Assembly: GCA_027491415.1 (NCBI GenBank)
Contig: JAOZFH010000063.1
Location: 1 to 64,000 of the forward strand
Length of the DNA stretch: 64,000 nucleotides
Origin: Thermoproteota archaeon
Lineage (GTDB): Archaea; Korarchaeota; Korarchaeia; Korarchaeales; Korarchaeaceae
Direction of reading: 5' to 3'
This document shows positions 20,442-30,236 of the stretch, one piece after another. A program made the position numbers and the translations under genes. How positions within the stretch are numbered: position 1 is the first letter of the stretch; the number at the start of each line of letters is the position of its first letter. The notes beneath the pieces were generated by a model. It saw only the letters and a list, made by a program, of their open reading frames with translations, made no database searches and was not told the DNA's origin.

Positions 20442-20518
20442 GGCCGGGGTGGGGCAGCCTGGCAGCCTGGGGGCCTGTGGAGCCCCAGACCCGGGTTCAA
20501 ATCCCGGCCCCGGCCCCA
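20442..20518 (+). tRNA. tRNA-His (GTG), G-1 encoded
   Basis: loop CTGTGGA, C73, CCA. Confidence 0.95.
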
Positions 20519-20661
20519 TCAACTGCTCTCAACGGGGTCGATCCCGGAGGCCACCAAAGACGCGATTAGGCGCGATTGAAGGTCTCCTCGGCGCTGACGA
20601 TGGCTTCCTAACTCACCCACGCGTGTGGGCTGGCGTAACCTCTGGGAAAACGGGTTGGAAG

Positions 20662-20738
20662 TGGTGGACCGGCCGGGATTCGAACCCGGGACCTCCCGCG
20701 TGCGAGGCGGGCGCTCTACCGAGCTGAGCTACCGGCCC
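20662..20738 (-). tRNA. tRNA-Ala (CGC)
   Basis: loop CTCGCAC, G3-U70, CCA. Confidence 0.96.
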
Positions 20739-20776
20739 GCCACTTACCGGGGGACCAGCGTATAAAAGGCCTACGG

Positions 20777-22012
20777 CTATGAGGAGAACTCGTACCTGAG
20801 CAGGGCCGCTATCCCTCCCAGGGCGGCGAGCTGCTCGCCCCACTCGGACTTGGGGTTGACTATGGAGACCTTCGCCGCGCTCTGCTTGGCCAGTTCACCC
20901 ACGTACTCGATTATGTGGGTCTTCTCCTCGGTGAAGGTTGTTGCGCCGCACTTTGGGCATGTCCACCCCTTGGACTGGGCCTTAGAGGACCTCCTGATCT
21001 CGGACTCCTGGTACCCGCAGTTCTGGCAGGTTCTGACCACGTACTCGTAGTCCACATCCTCCAGCACCAAGACCTCCTCGGCCGCCCCGGCCTGGAGCGC
21101 CCTGACCACCTCCCCCACGCCGTAGGCCACGGCCCCGGGCCTGGTGGCCAGCATCGTGAGCAGCTTCTCGACCTTGCTCCTCTCCTCGTACAGAGAGGCC
21201 TCCCTCATGTAGTCCTGGGCCTTGATGATGAGCTCTCTCAGGCCCTGCTCCTCCGTGTAGGACAGGGGTAGGTTGGCCACGACCTTCTGCTGAAGCCTGT
21301 AGTCCATGAAGTCGCCCTCCTCAAACTTCTCCCTGGCGTCACCGGGCCCACCTATGATTATGCCCTCCAGCTCGTTCAGGTAGGGGAGGAGAGCCTTGCT
21401 CGCCCTGGCCCCGAGCCTCTTGAAGAAGTCGTGCACCCTCTCCTCCCTTATCCTCTCGAACCTCCTCTGAGACTGGCCTCCGGCGCTGTGCTTCGGGGGG
21501 ATGTCGGCGGTGACCCACTCCAGGATCTGGTAGGTGCTCCCCCTGAGGAGGGCCACCAGCCCGCCGCCCCTGTCCATCACTATGAGGCCGTAGGCCTTCT
21601 TCTCCCTAGCCATGTCCTCCAAGGGCTCTAGGTAGAACTCGTGATCGCAGACGTACCTGAAGGATGGGACGGGCTCGGGGGGCTCGATCACGTAGATCTC
21701 GATCTTCTCTGTCCCCCTGTCGGCGCCCTGGGGGATGGCGCCGCAGAATATGACGAGCCCGTTGGGCGGCACCTTCCTGTAGAGCTTCAGCCTCTGCATT
21801 ATGCTCTCAAGGGCACTCTGCACGTTCTTCCTGGTCAGCTTGTCCTTGATGTTCCCCGCCTGGTCGTACTCCTTCCTCAGGTAGCGCATCACGTCGGCGA
21901 CGGGCCTCCCTGGGGGTATGTAGAGCGAGATGAGCTCCGTCCCCCTACCCCGCTTCCGCCGCAGCTCCTTCAGCAGCTTCCTGAACTCGTACATCTCGTA
22001 GGTCATGGCCAA
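20777..22012 (-). CDS. prf1: peptide chain release factor aRF1
   Basis: GTELISLYIP, NIKD, YVCD, GGQS, Zn-ribbon mini-domain. Confidence 0.97.
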   Translation of the reverse strand: MAMTYEMYEFRKLLKELRRKRGRGTELISLYIPPGRPVADVMRYLRKEYDQAGNIKDKLTRKNVQSALESIMQRLKLYRKVPPNGLVIFCGAIPQGADRGTEKIEIYVIEPPEPVPSFRYVCDHEFYLEPLEDMAREKKAYGLIVMDRGGGLVALLRGSTYQILEWVTADIPPKHSAGGQSQRRFERIREERVHDFFKRLGARASKALLPYLNELEGIIIGGPGDAREKFEEGDFMDYRLQQKVVANLPLSYTEEQGLRELIIKAQDYMREASLYEERSKVEKLLTMLATRPGAVAYGVGEVVRALQAGAAEEVLVLEDVDYEYVVRTCQNCGYQESEIRRSSKAQSKGWTCPKCGATTFTEEKTHIIEYVGELAKQSAAKVSIVNPKSEWGEQLAALGGIAALLRYEFSS

Positions 22013-22077
22013 TTTTCGCTACACCTCGCTCTGGTCGGCCGAGTCGCGTTTTAAAGAGTCTCGGGTGGGGGTTCTGG

Positions 22078-23340
22078 ATGCTCCTGCTCTTCGAGGACGA
22101 GGGCGCCGCCTTGCTCAGGCCCCCGACCGACCTCACTCCGGTCCACGAGCTAGTGATCGGTAGGGAGACCATCCTAGAGAGGGTCAAGAGGCTCTTGAGA
22201 CACGACGGCGAGACCGCCAGCCTCGTCAGGCCGCACCTCGTGCCCAAGGCGCGGGACTCCGAGGCGCCCCCCTTCCGCGGGGCGGACGAGGGGGTCCTGG
22301 CGGTCAACTCGAGGTGGGTGATGGGGGAGGAGGAGGCGAGGCTCGCGCTCTCGCTGGATGTGGGAGAGGCGCTCGCCGCCCCGGACGGGACGGTGCTCTG
22401 CGCCAGGTTGAGGGCCGAGGAGGCGGATTCCGCCCTCTCTCCGGAGCGGGGAGGAGCCTCAGGCGTGGGAGAGGCGCTCCACGCCTCTGCGGAGAGCTTC
22501 AGGGTTCTCGAGGGAGCCAAGCTGATATCCTACCCCTGGGACCTGCTCCGCACCTCCCTAGAGGCCCTGAGGGAGCCGGTGAGCGTCGAGGGATCCTCCA
22601 GGGTACCGGAGAGCGTGAGGGTCCTGGGGAACCCGAAGATGCTCTCGCTCGGCGAAGGGGTCGAGTTCGAGGGCCCGGCCGTCCTGGACGCGAGGGGGGG
22701 CCCGATCTGCATATCAGACGGCGTCGCCGTGGGGCCCCACGTCTCCCTCTCCGGCCCCCTCCACGTGGGCCCGAGGTCCGCCATCCTCCCAGGGGCCCAA
22801 ATCTCCAACTCCTACGTGGGCCCGGTCTGCAAGGTTGGCGGGGAGCTGGCCGACTCCGTCATACTCGGGTACAGCAACAAGGCCCACTACGGCTACGTGG
22901 GCCACAGCTACGTCGGGAGGTGGGTGAACGTCGGCGCAGGCACGGCCACGTCGGACCTCAAGAACACCTACGGCGAGGTCAGGAAGACAGTCGGTGGGAG
23001 GAGGCTCGGGACCGGCACGATAAAGCTCGGCTCCTTCCTGGGGGACCACGTCAAGACCGCGATAGGGGCCATGCTCTACACCGGCCTCTTCGCCGGGGCA
23101 GCGAGCCACCTACACGGGTTCGTGCTGGAGGACGTGCCCCCATTCACCATCTACGCCGTTACCCTCGGCTGGGGCAAGGTGGAGTTGGAGCTGGGGTCTG
23201 CGATAAGGACGTACAGGAGGATGGCCGCCAGGAGGTCCGTCAAGCCGTCCGAGGGTGAGGAGAGGTCCATGGAGCTCCTGTTCGAGCTCACCAGAGAGGA
23301 GAGAGATGAGGCAGGCGTGAGGAGTGGGAGAATTAGGTGA
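22078..23340 (+). CDS. GlmU-like putative sugar nucleotidyltransferase with hexapeptide repeats
   Basis: CKVGGE...SNKAHYGYVGHSYVGRWVNVGAGT..SDLKNTYG. Confidence 0.88.
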   Translation: MLLLFEDEGAALLRPPTDLTPVHELVIGRETILERVKRLLRHDGETASLVRPHLVPKARDSEAPPFRGADEGVLAVNSRWVMGEEEARLALSLDVGEALAAPDGTVLCARLRAEEADSALSPERGGASGVGEALHASAESFRVLEGAKLISYPWDLLRTSLEALREPVSVEGSSRVPESVRVLGNPKMLSLGEGVEFEGPAVLDARGGPICISDGVAVGPHVSLSGPLHVGPRSAILPGAQISNSYVGPVCKVGGELADSVILGYSNKAHYGYVGHSYVGRWVNVGAGTATSDLKNTYGEVRKTVGGRRLGTGTIKLGSFLGDHVKTAIGAMLYTGLFAGAASHLHGFVLEDVPPFTIYAVTLGWGKVELELGSAIRTYRRMAARRSVKPSEGEERSMELLFELTREERDEAGVRSGRIR

Positions 23341-23418
23341 TGGTGCGGCCGCCGGGATTTGAACCCGGGTCTGGGGCTCGGGGGGCCCCAATCCTAGTCC
23401 AGGCTAGACCACGGCCGC
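23341..23418 (-). tRNA. tRNA-Gly (CCC) with C at position 33
   Basis: acceptor GCGGCCG, stem GGGGC/GCCCC, loop CCCCCGA, CCA. Confidence 0.9.
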
Positions 23419-23485
23419 ACTGCCATAGGACAGGCGGTCAGGTCATAAAAGGTTTGTGGCGGAGCCGCGAGTAGGCTGAGGGAAG

Positions 23486-23564
23486 TGGCGGGCCCGGCGG
23501 GACTTGAACCCGCGACCTCCGGCTCCGCAGGCCGGCGCTCTGATCCATTCTGAGCTACGGGCCC
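23486..23564 (-). tRNA. tRNA-Arg (GCG)
   Basis: loop CTGCGGA, CCA. Confidence 0.96.
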
Positions 23565-23600
23565 GGGCCTACGTGGCGCCCGGGCTATTTTAAGTTGGGC

Positions 23601-23765
23601 TCACCTCCTGGCGAGCTTGGTCCTCTTCAGCCTGAGGTTCTTGCTCCTGCAGCGCCTGCACTTGGTGGCGCTTATGGGGTTTCGGGCCCCGCAGCGCCTG
23701 CAGATCTTGTAGCTGAGCAGGGCCTTCTGGGCGATGCGTCGCTTTATCGGATCCTCGATGGGCAA
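23601..23765 (-). CDS. rpl40e: 50S ribosomal protein L40e
   Basis: [28 protein letters not shown]; TTG start. Confidence 0.96.
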   Translation of the reverse strand: MPIEDPIKRRIAQKALLSYKICRRCGARNPISATKCRRCRSKNLRLKRTKLARR

Positions 23766-23828
23766 GTCGAAGACCTCCCCGAGCCGGCCCCCCTTGCGAT
23801 TCATAAATATTAGCCCGGCCCGATAACG

Positions 23829-24203
23829 GTGGGAATGTCCAGAGTTGACGAGGTCTCCCAGCAGATAATGAGGCTGCTGGAGAGCGAGGAGACCGTTCAC
23901 TTGAGGATCCTCCTCCAGAGGCTCCCCTACGGCCTGAGGGAGATCAAGAGGGCGCTGGCGAAGCTTGAGGCTGAGGGGGCCGTGGAGTCCTTCAGGCACG
24001 GGGGGTACACCTTCTACAGGCTGGCAGGCCGGGGAGAAGAGGAAGAGGGGGGAGAGGGCGGCTGGTCCTGGAGGGAGTCCTCCGAGGGCGAGTCCCCCGC
24101 TCTGGAGTCTGAGGCTCAGCCCCAGACGGAACCCGAGGACGAGGGTGAGGGGGCAGAGGGCAGTGGGAAGGAGCCCTCAGCGCCTGAGGAGGCCGGCCAG
24201 TAG
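23829..24203 (+). CDS. winged-helix protein with acidic tail
   Basis: [16 protein letters not shown]...FYRL followed by a Glu-rich tail. Confidence 0.65.
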   Translation: MGMSRVDEVSQQIMRLLESEETVHLRILLQRLPYGLREIKRALAKLEAEGAVESFRHGGYTFYRLAGRGEEEEGGEGGWSWRESSEGESPALESEAQPQTEPEDEGEGAEGSGKEPSAPEEAGQ

Positions 24204-25058
24204 GTCCGGGATCTCGAACGGAGTCTTGGCCACAGGTATCCCAGCCCCGTTCAGGGCTCTGAGCTTGGAGTCGTAGGTCCCCATGCCCCCGGAGATTATG
24301 GCCCCGGCGTGCCCCATCCTCCTCCCAGGCGGAGCCGTCCTGCCGGCGACGTACGCGACCACGGGCTTGGGGTAGCCGATCCTCATCACGTACTCCGCGG
24401 CGTCCTCCTCGGCCCTCCCGCCAATCTCGCCGACCAGAACCACCGCCTCGGTCTCCTCGTCTTCCCTGAACATCTCCAGCACGTCCGTGAAGCTCAGGCC
24501 GGTCACTGGGTCCCCGCCTATCCCCACGGTCAGGGGCGTCCCCATCCCGCGCCTCTTGAGCGAGAGGGCTATCTCGTAGGTCAGTGTTCCGCTCCTTGAG
24601 ACTATGCCCACGCCCCCGGGCGCGAACACGTCCCCCGGCATTATCCCCAGCTTGACGCCCTCTCCCGGGGCAATGGCGCCTGGGGTGTTGGGCCCGACTA
24701 TCGTGGCGCCCTTGAGCCTCGCGTACTCGACGAACTTGGCGGCGTCGTGGACGGGTATGTGCTCGGTTATCACGACCAGCAGCCCTATGCCAGCCTCCAG
24801 GGCCTCCATCACAGCATCGTAGGCGAACGGGGCCGGCACGAATATCACCGAGGCGTCCACAGTCCCCACTTCGCCCACGGCTTCCTCGACGGAGTCGAAG
24901 ACTGGGACGCCCTCGACCTCCTGCCCACCCTTCCCGGGGGTGACGCCGGCCACGATCTCGGTCCCGTAGTCCAGCATGAGCCTGGCGTGGGTCCTGCCCT
25001 GGCGGCCGGTTATGCCCTGGACGATCACCCTCATTCCCTTCCTCAGGAGCGGGGGCAT
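24177..25058 (-). CDS. sucD: succinyl-CoA ligase alpha subunit
   Basis: [30 protein letters not shown]. Confidence 0.96.
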   Translation of the reverse strand: MPPLLRKGMRVIVQGITGRQGRTHARLMLDYGTEIVAGVTPGKGGQEVEGVPVFDSVEEAVGEVGTVDASVIFVPAPFAYDAVMEALEAGIGLLVVITEHIPVHDAAKFVEYARLKGATIVGPNTPGAIAPGEGVKLGIMPGDVFAPGGVGIVSRSGTLTYEIALSLKRRGMGTPLTVGIGGDPVTGLSFTDVLEMFREDEETEAVVLVGEIGGRAEEDAAEYVMRIGYPKPVVAYVAGRTAPPGRRMGHAGAIISGGMGTYDSKLRALNGAGIPVAKTPFEIPDLLAGLLRR

Positions 25059-25120
25059 CTTGTCATCTCCCCGGCCGGAGAGTTACAGGCTTTAATTGTT
25101 CGTTGCCGTCGGGCCGGGCG

Positions 25121-26251
25121 ATGAGGCTCCTGGAGCACGAGGTCAAGGCCATGCTGGCCGAGGCCGGCATCCCCGTTCCGAGGGGGAGGGTCGCCAGGAC
25201 CCCGGAGGAGGCGCGCGAGGTCGCCAGTGAGCTCGGCGTTCCTGTCGCGGTCAAGGCGCAGGTCCCGGTCGGCAAGAGGGGGAAGGCCGGTGGAATAAAG
25301 CTGGCGAGCACTCCGGAGGAGGCTGAGGAGGCGGCCAGGGCCATCCTCTCCATGGAGGTCTGGGGGCACAGGCCGGAGTCCGTGCTGGTGGAGGAGGCCG
25401 TCCGGGTCGGGGCGGAACACTACCTGGGGACCATCCTGGACAGGTCGGCCAGGAGGATGGTCCTGATGACCACCCCCTACGGAGGCATGGACGTGGAGGA
25501 GTCCGCTGCGCTGCACCCGGAGGCCATGGCCAGGGTGGAGGTGAATCCCCTCGTCGGCCTCGCCCAGTTCCAGGTCAGGAAGCTCGCGTGGAACGTCTCA
25601 AGGGACCCGGAGGTGGCGAAGCAGCTCGCCAGGGTGATATCGGCGTTCTGGGACCTGGTGGAGAGGTACGACCTCCTGATGGCGGAGATCAACCCGCTCG
25701 CCGTTGCGGAGGACGGGAGGATCCTGGCGCTGGACGCGAGGGCCGAGGTAGACGACAACTCCCTCTTCAGGCACCCGCAGTTCTCAAAGAGGGCTCACTC
25801 GGCCAACCCCAGGGAGAGGATGGCGGAGGAGGCTGGCGTGACCTACGTGGAGCTCGACGGCGACGTGGGCACGATGGCCAACGGGGCGGGCCTGGCGATG
25901 GCGACCATGGACCTCGTGGCCGAGGCCGGGGGCAGGCCAGCGAACTTCTGCGACGTGGGCGGAGGGGCGTCGGCGAAGGCTGTGGAGTCGGCGATGAGGG
26001 TCATCACGTCGAACCCCAACGTCAAGGTCGTGCTGGTGAACGCCCTGTGCGGGATCACCAGCGGCGAGGACGTTGCCCGGGGGATAGCCGAGGCCGTCGC
26101 CAACCTCGGGCTGGGGCCCGAATCCCTGGTCGTCAGGCTCGAGGGGTTTAGGGCGGAGGAGGGGGCCGAGATACTCAGAGAGGCGGGCATAGAGGTCTAC
26201 AAGGATCCGATGGAGGCCGTGAGGGAGGCGGTCAGGAGGGCCTCCGTCTAG
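25121..26251 (+). CDS. sucC: succinyl-CoA ligase beta subunit
   Basis: MRLLEHEVK, KAQV..GKRGKAGG, EINPL, NGAGLAMATMD. Confidence 0.96.
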   Translation: MRLLEHEVKAMLAEAGIPVPRGRVARTPEEAREVASELGVPVAVKAQVPVGKRGKAGGIKLASTPEEAEEAARAILSMEVWGHRPESVLVEEAVRVGAEHYLGTILDRSARRMVLMTTPYGGMDVEESAALHPEAMARVEVNPLVGLAQFQVRKLAWNVSRDPEVAKQLARVISAFWDLVERYDLLMAEINPLAVAEDGRILALDARAEVDDNSLFRHPQFSKRAHSANPRERMAEEAGVTYVELDGDVGTMANGAGLAMATMDLVAEAGGRPANFCDVGGGASAKAVESAMRVITSNPNVKVVLVNALCGITSGEDVARGIAEAVANLGLGPESLVVRLEGFRAEEGAEILREAGIEVYKDPMEAVREAVRRASV

Positions 26252-26299
26252 CCACCAACCACAGGGAAAAATCTTATTCGGAGTCTCCCGGAATGGATA

Positions 26300-27028
26300 A
26301 TGATGAACCCGAGAGCAGCGGGAGCGGCTCTCGCGTTCACGCTGACGCTCGCCTACTTCTCGATAATTTGGCTCTCGGAGGTGGGATGCGGGCTCTGCTC
26401 ATCAGCGGCCCTACTCTCCCTCGCGATCTTCGCCATCAAGAGGCCTGGATCCGCTCACTTTCTCCTCCACGAGCCTCTCGTTCGCGAGGGGGGAGTCAGA
26501 CTCAGGATGGGTTGGTGGGCCGTCCTGGGTGGGCTCGGCGGAGTCCTGGCCGCCTGGCCGATCTCAGAGGTCGCATCGAGGTTTGCGGAGGGGGTGGAAA
26601 CCCCCCGTGAGGCCCTTGGACGTGAGGCTCCTGATCCTGTTCCTCCTCCTCGGCCTCATACCCAGCCTCGACTCGGGGAGGCCGAGCGAGTGGCCTGTGA
26701 GGCCCTTTGTGATGCAGTGGCCGATCTGGGGTCGGTTCCGCCAAAAGGCGTAGTGGACTCGTGGCTCTTGGTCGCCGGGGGGTCTGGCGCCAGGCTGGCA
26801 AAGGAGATCGCCGGGCTAGAGAGGAGGCTGAAGAAGCTCCGCGATCAGGCAGAGATCTTCAGGGCGCGCCTCTACCTCCACGAGACGAGGGGAGTCCCGC
26901 TGGAGGACTGGATACCAGTGAAGGCAAGAGAGGTCGAGGCGGAGATTCGGGAGGTCGAGAGCAGGTTGGAGAGGACCAGGTCCGAGCTGGAGGAGAGGTT
27001 CAGGCGGGCGCTCTCTGCGGCCTCCTGA
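26300..27028 (+). CDS. hypothetical membrane protein with C-terminal coiled coil
   Basis: three hydrophobic segments, then heptad-like tail. Confidence 0.55.
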   Translation: MMNPRAAGAALAFTLTLAYFSIIWLSEVGCGLCSSAALLSLAIFAIKRPGSAHFLLHEPLVREGGVRLRMGWWAVLGGLGGVLAAWPISEVASRFAEGVETPREALGREAPDPVPPPRPHTQPRLGEAERVACEALCDAVADLGSVPPKGVVDSWLLVAGGSGARLAKEIAGLERRLKKLRDQAEIFRARLYLHETRGVPLEDWIPVKAREVEAEIREVESRLERTRSELEERFRRALSAAS

Positions 27029-27317
27029 CGACCTTCAAGGTACGACCTCCGCGGTGGCCCTGACTCTAGAGACACCCTGAACGCGTAATAGCCGAAGTGG
27101 CCCTGCACGTTGGGTACGATCGCCTTGAACTCCACCGGCCTGGCGTGGCTCTCTCGGGAACGCGGAGCCCAAACTCGACGACGAGGGACCACCCCTCCTC
27201 CAGGGCCATCAGGGAGCGCCCTCCCACCCCACGGGCGAGAGTCCCCGCTCGTTCTTCAAGAAAATGAAGAACTAAAGGCTTATAACGCACAAAGCTTTGT
27301 CTGTATTTGGGGCAGAT

Positions 27318-27723
27318 ATGAGGTTCCCAGGAACCTCTCCACACCTCGAACTCAAGTTCGTCGTTCTCATCTTCCTGCTGTCGACCGCTATAGTGTGTCA
27401 GGCCTTGGCAGATTCAAGGGAGTCAGGTGAGGTGGAGCCCCTGTCCATACCAGTCGTCAACTGCAAGAGATATGAAGGTACTTACTCTTAGGTTGTTGCA
27501 TGCGTATCCGCGAATTACGATCCGGTTAGGGGGGTATACTTCAACTGGCGGCACTGGGCCGAATGTGGAAGAAATGAAGGCTTCGAGTATGCCACCGTAG
27601 TTTGCTACTATACCGGCGATCACTCATCCTTCGGCGGCTGCCGAGGCCTGGACCGACGTGTACCTCCCCTGGGGAGAGGTTAAACCATACGACGCACGCG
27701 CTTTCGTTGCTATATGGGGGTGA
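27318..27723 (+). pseudogene. small secreted Cys/Tyr/Trp-rich protein with an internal TAG (27489-27491) and one frameshift
   Basis: signal peptide; frame continues past the TAG (VVACVSANYDPVRGVYFNWRHWAECG...); ends ...AFVAIWG*; AT-richer than flanks. Confidence 0.7.
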
Positions 27724-27732
27724 GGGTGAGGC

Positions 27733-28752
27733 GTGAATATAGCCCGAGCTGCCGGAGTTCTTGCGCTGGTAGCACTGGCAGGGTCGGCCCTGACGGTAAG
27801 CCTAGCGCCCGATGAAAGATACCTGCCTGTAGAGAGGGCAGTCATAGCGTTTGGGGGAGCTCGGGAAACCACCACAATCCTCTTAGACGACGGCGGAGTC
27901 ATAGAGACTGACGCAGAGAAGCTGTCGGCGGCCGTTGGGAGGGAGGAGGAGGGCGGCAGCGTCGAGGGAGTCTATGGGTGGGAGCTAATCGGGTTTGATG
28001 GGGAGCTCGCCAGGCTGAGGGTGTGGTTCAGTGTGAACGCCACCGCCGTCCTATATGAGGGGAGGGAGGCGGCGGAGCTGGCGGAGAGCCGAGACTTCTC
28101 CTTCGTTAGGAGGGTCGAGATCCTATCCTTGGATTCCGTGAGCGCGAGGGGGAAAACCGTTCTACTCCGTGGACTATTTCAGCTGGGACGTGAGGAGGAG
28201 ATCCTCCTGGACCCGTCGCGCGGTGTGATTGTGGACGAGAGCGGGGAGCCCTGGGGGAGGTTCCTACTCTGGATAGATCCTGAGGGGGTTCCTCGGTCTG
28301 GGTGGGTCACGGGGGTGGCTATCTTCAACTGGACCGACGGCACGGAGGTTGTCTGGAACCTTAGCAGGTTGGAGCTCAAGAGCCCGCTTAGGAGGGGCGG
28401 GTTGGAGTCCTCTGAGGTCGTGATTGGAGCCGCGAACCTCTCCCTATACGAGCCCGGCCGGGTGATGGTTGTCCCGCTGCTCGTACTGTACGACTCCGAG
28501 ACCGGAGCGTTCCTCGAGGCACCCAGCGGGTACGCCGACGACTACCTGCGTCAGAGGCTCGGCATCGTGTTGATCCGCTCCGCGCCCAAGCCAGGCTCGA
28601 GGGAGTTCGGGCTGAGGCTCGTGGAGGTTAAGTTGACGCGGGTCGAGGGAGGCGCGGGAGAGCGGCTCTACCGAGGACTCATACCAGCCTTCTTGGTCGC
28701 CGCGCTGGCAGCATTGAGCCTCCTGCTCACCCGACTTAGGAGGGGCCGATGA
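27733..28752 (+). CDS. membrane-anchored extracellular protein
   Basis: signal peptide, NxS/T sequons, C-terminal TM helix with basic tail. Confidence 0.78.
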   Translation: MNIARAAGVLALVALAGSALTVSLAPDERYLPVERAVIAFGGARETTTILLDDGGVIETDAEKLSAAVGREEEGGSVEGVYGWELIGFDGELARLRVWFSVNATAVLYEGREAAELAESRDFSFVRRVEILSLDSVSARGKTVLLRGLFQLGREEEILLDPSRGVIVDESGEPWGRFLLWIDPEGVPRSGWVTGVAIFNWTDGTEVVWNLSRLELKSPLRRGGLESSEVVIGAANLSLYEPGRVMVVPLLVLYDSETGAFLEAPSGYADDYLRQRLGIVLIRSAPKPGSREFGLRLVEVKLTRVEGGAGERLYRGLIPAFLVAALAALSLLLTRLRRGR

Positions 28753-28862
28753 GCCCGCCCGTCAGATTCAGCCCCTATTGTCACGAGAGGGCGGGGGCGT
28801 TCTCGCCTTGGCCGTCTTATCCTGGAAAGTCGATGTCGCTTAATTCGCCGGCCCGGGTGAAT

Positions 28863-29279
28863 CTAGAAGACCCTCCTGACCCACGGTATCAGGTCGAAGT
28901 CGCGGTCGTTCGACAGAACCTCTTCGACGCCGATTCTCCTCATCTGAACCGCTAGAACTAGATCGTCCCACACGCTCAAGCTCAGGCCAAGCCTCTCAGC
29001 CTCTCTCAACGCCTCTTCGAAGTCCTCAAGCCCGGTCTCGATTACTTCGATGGGCTTATCCCTTAGGAAGGCTAGGAAAGTAGGTATGGCGCTCCACGCC
29101 CTCCTCCTGTCGAGGTGCGCCAGGACCTGGGACAGGGCCAGCGTGGACGTGACTAGCCCGGCTTCCTTGAGGCGCTCCCTCGCCCTGGGTCCGTACCTCG
29201 GGTCGGCCATGAGCACGTAGAGGAAGACGTTCGAGTCAACGAACCTCCTCTCCCGAGAGGGAGGACTCGACCTCCTCAA
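28863..29279 (-). CDS. vapC: PIN-domain VapC toxin
   Basis: FVDSNVFLY...WDDLVLA...SNDRDFD; start uncertain. Confidence 0.9.
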   Translation of the reverse strand: MRRSSPPSRERRFVDSNVFLYVLMADPRYGPRARERLKEAGLVTSTLALSQVLAHLDRRRAWSAIPTFLAFLRDKPIEVIETGLEDFEEALREAERLGLSLSVWDDLVLAVQMRRIGVEEVLSNDRDFDLIPWVRRVF

Positions 29280-29469
29280 TCTCGACCTCCTCCCCGCCCG
29301 CCAAGCCGTAGAGGTCGTCCACCGTGACCCTCCTCTTAGGGGCCAAGACCAGGGAGTCTCCTCTCACTCTGAGGATCAATATGGACCCCTCTCTCAGCCC
29401 GAGGAGCCTCCTGACCCTGGCCGGGATCAGGATCCGGCCCTTCCTCTCGAGCCTGACCTCGTACTCCAT
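29236..29469 (-). CDS. vapB: AbrB-type VapB antitoxin
   Basis: KGRILIPARVRRLLGLREG. Confidence 0.92.
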   Translation of the reverse strand: MEYEVRLERKGRILIPARVRRLLGLREGSILILRVRGDSLVLAPKRRVTVDDLYGLAGGEEVEIEEVESSLSGEEVR

Positions 29470-29589
29470 CGGTGGGATCGTATAGAGTGGGAGGTTCCAC
29501 CTATATATGTCCCACTACCCAGATAGCGACGGCCCGCCCTGAGCACGCGCGAGCGCGCGGCCGCGCGAAGTTCCGCGGCCTCCCGCGTG

Positions 29590-30008
29590 AGAGGTAGGGG
29601 GATATCACCCTGTCGATTTCCCTCAGCGCATCCCTCAACTTCGCGTCGAAGCTGGCCAGCTTGAAACACCTCCTGAGGGCAAGAGTGACTTAGGCCGAGT
29701 CGTAGACCGTGATTCCATACCTGTGGGCGTTGTCCAGGGCCTCCGGTATGAGTCTCCTCACCTCCACCACCTCTCCCACGCTGCTCCCGATCAGGGGCAC
29801 CACGAGGGTCCTGAGCCTCCTGTAGCTCCCTCGGGTATCCTCTTGAGCACGCGCGCGTGCTCAAGAGGACGTTGGCGGTCTCCACGAAGGCCAGGTCCAC
29901 CGTGACGAGCTCCGACCTGCCATGAGAGATCAGGAAGGACTCGGCCCTCTCGAAGAACTCGTCCTTTATCATCAGGCTCGAGAAGACCAAGGCGTCCACC
30001 ACGTACAA
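29590..30008 (-). pseudogene. vapC: vapC pseudogene (two frameshifts and a premature TAA)
   Basis: YVVDA...VETANVL / HARVLKRIP / GITVYDSA*VTLAL...ASFDAKL. Confidence 0.85.
29838..29869. repeat. perfect 32-bp palindrome
   Basis: TCCTCTTGAGCACGCG|CGCGTGCTCAAGAGGA. Confidence 0.95.
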
Positions 30009-30236
30009 CTACCTGCCCTCCCTGGACTCCCTGATTGCCTCCCAGGCGGGCTCACCAGAGGGCTCAACTCCCTCCAGCGCCTCCTTAACGGACCTGATCG
30101 TCCCTCTGAACTCCTCCTCCCTCAGCCTCTCCTCTACGAACTTCTCTATTTCGGCCCTCCAGTTCACCCCGACCCTCTTCATCCTCTCCCTCAGCTCTCT
30201 GCTGACCCTGACGCTGAACACGACGGTCTCGGTCAT
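30009..30236 (-). CDS. vapB: RHH-type VapB antitoxin
   Basis: VFSVRVSRELRERMKRVGVNWRAEI...IRESRE. Confidence 0.88.
   Translation of the reverse strand: MTETVVFSVRVSRELRERMKRVGVNWRAEIEKFVEERLREEEFRGTIRSVKEALEGVEPSGEPAWEAIRESREGR

Noticed and set aside
23341-23418. reading this tRNA as Pro or Arg
   Set aside because: stem geometry centres CCC and the acceptor stem is Gly-type
27489-27491. in-frame TAG as pyrrolysine or read-through
   Set aside because: the same gene also has a frameshift and no pyl genes are in view; decay is simpler
27423-27623. minus-strand ORF suggesting an internal inversion
   Set aside because: the plus frame reads on sensibly after the TAG, so this is a shadow ORF
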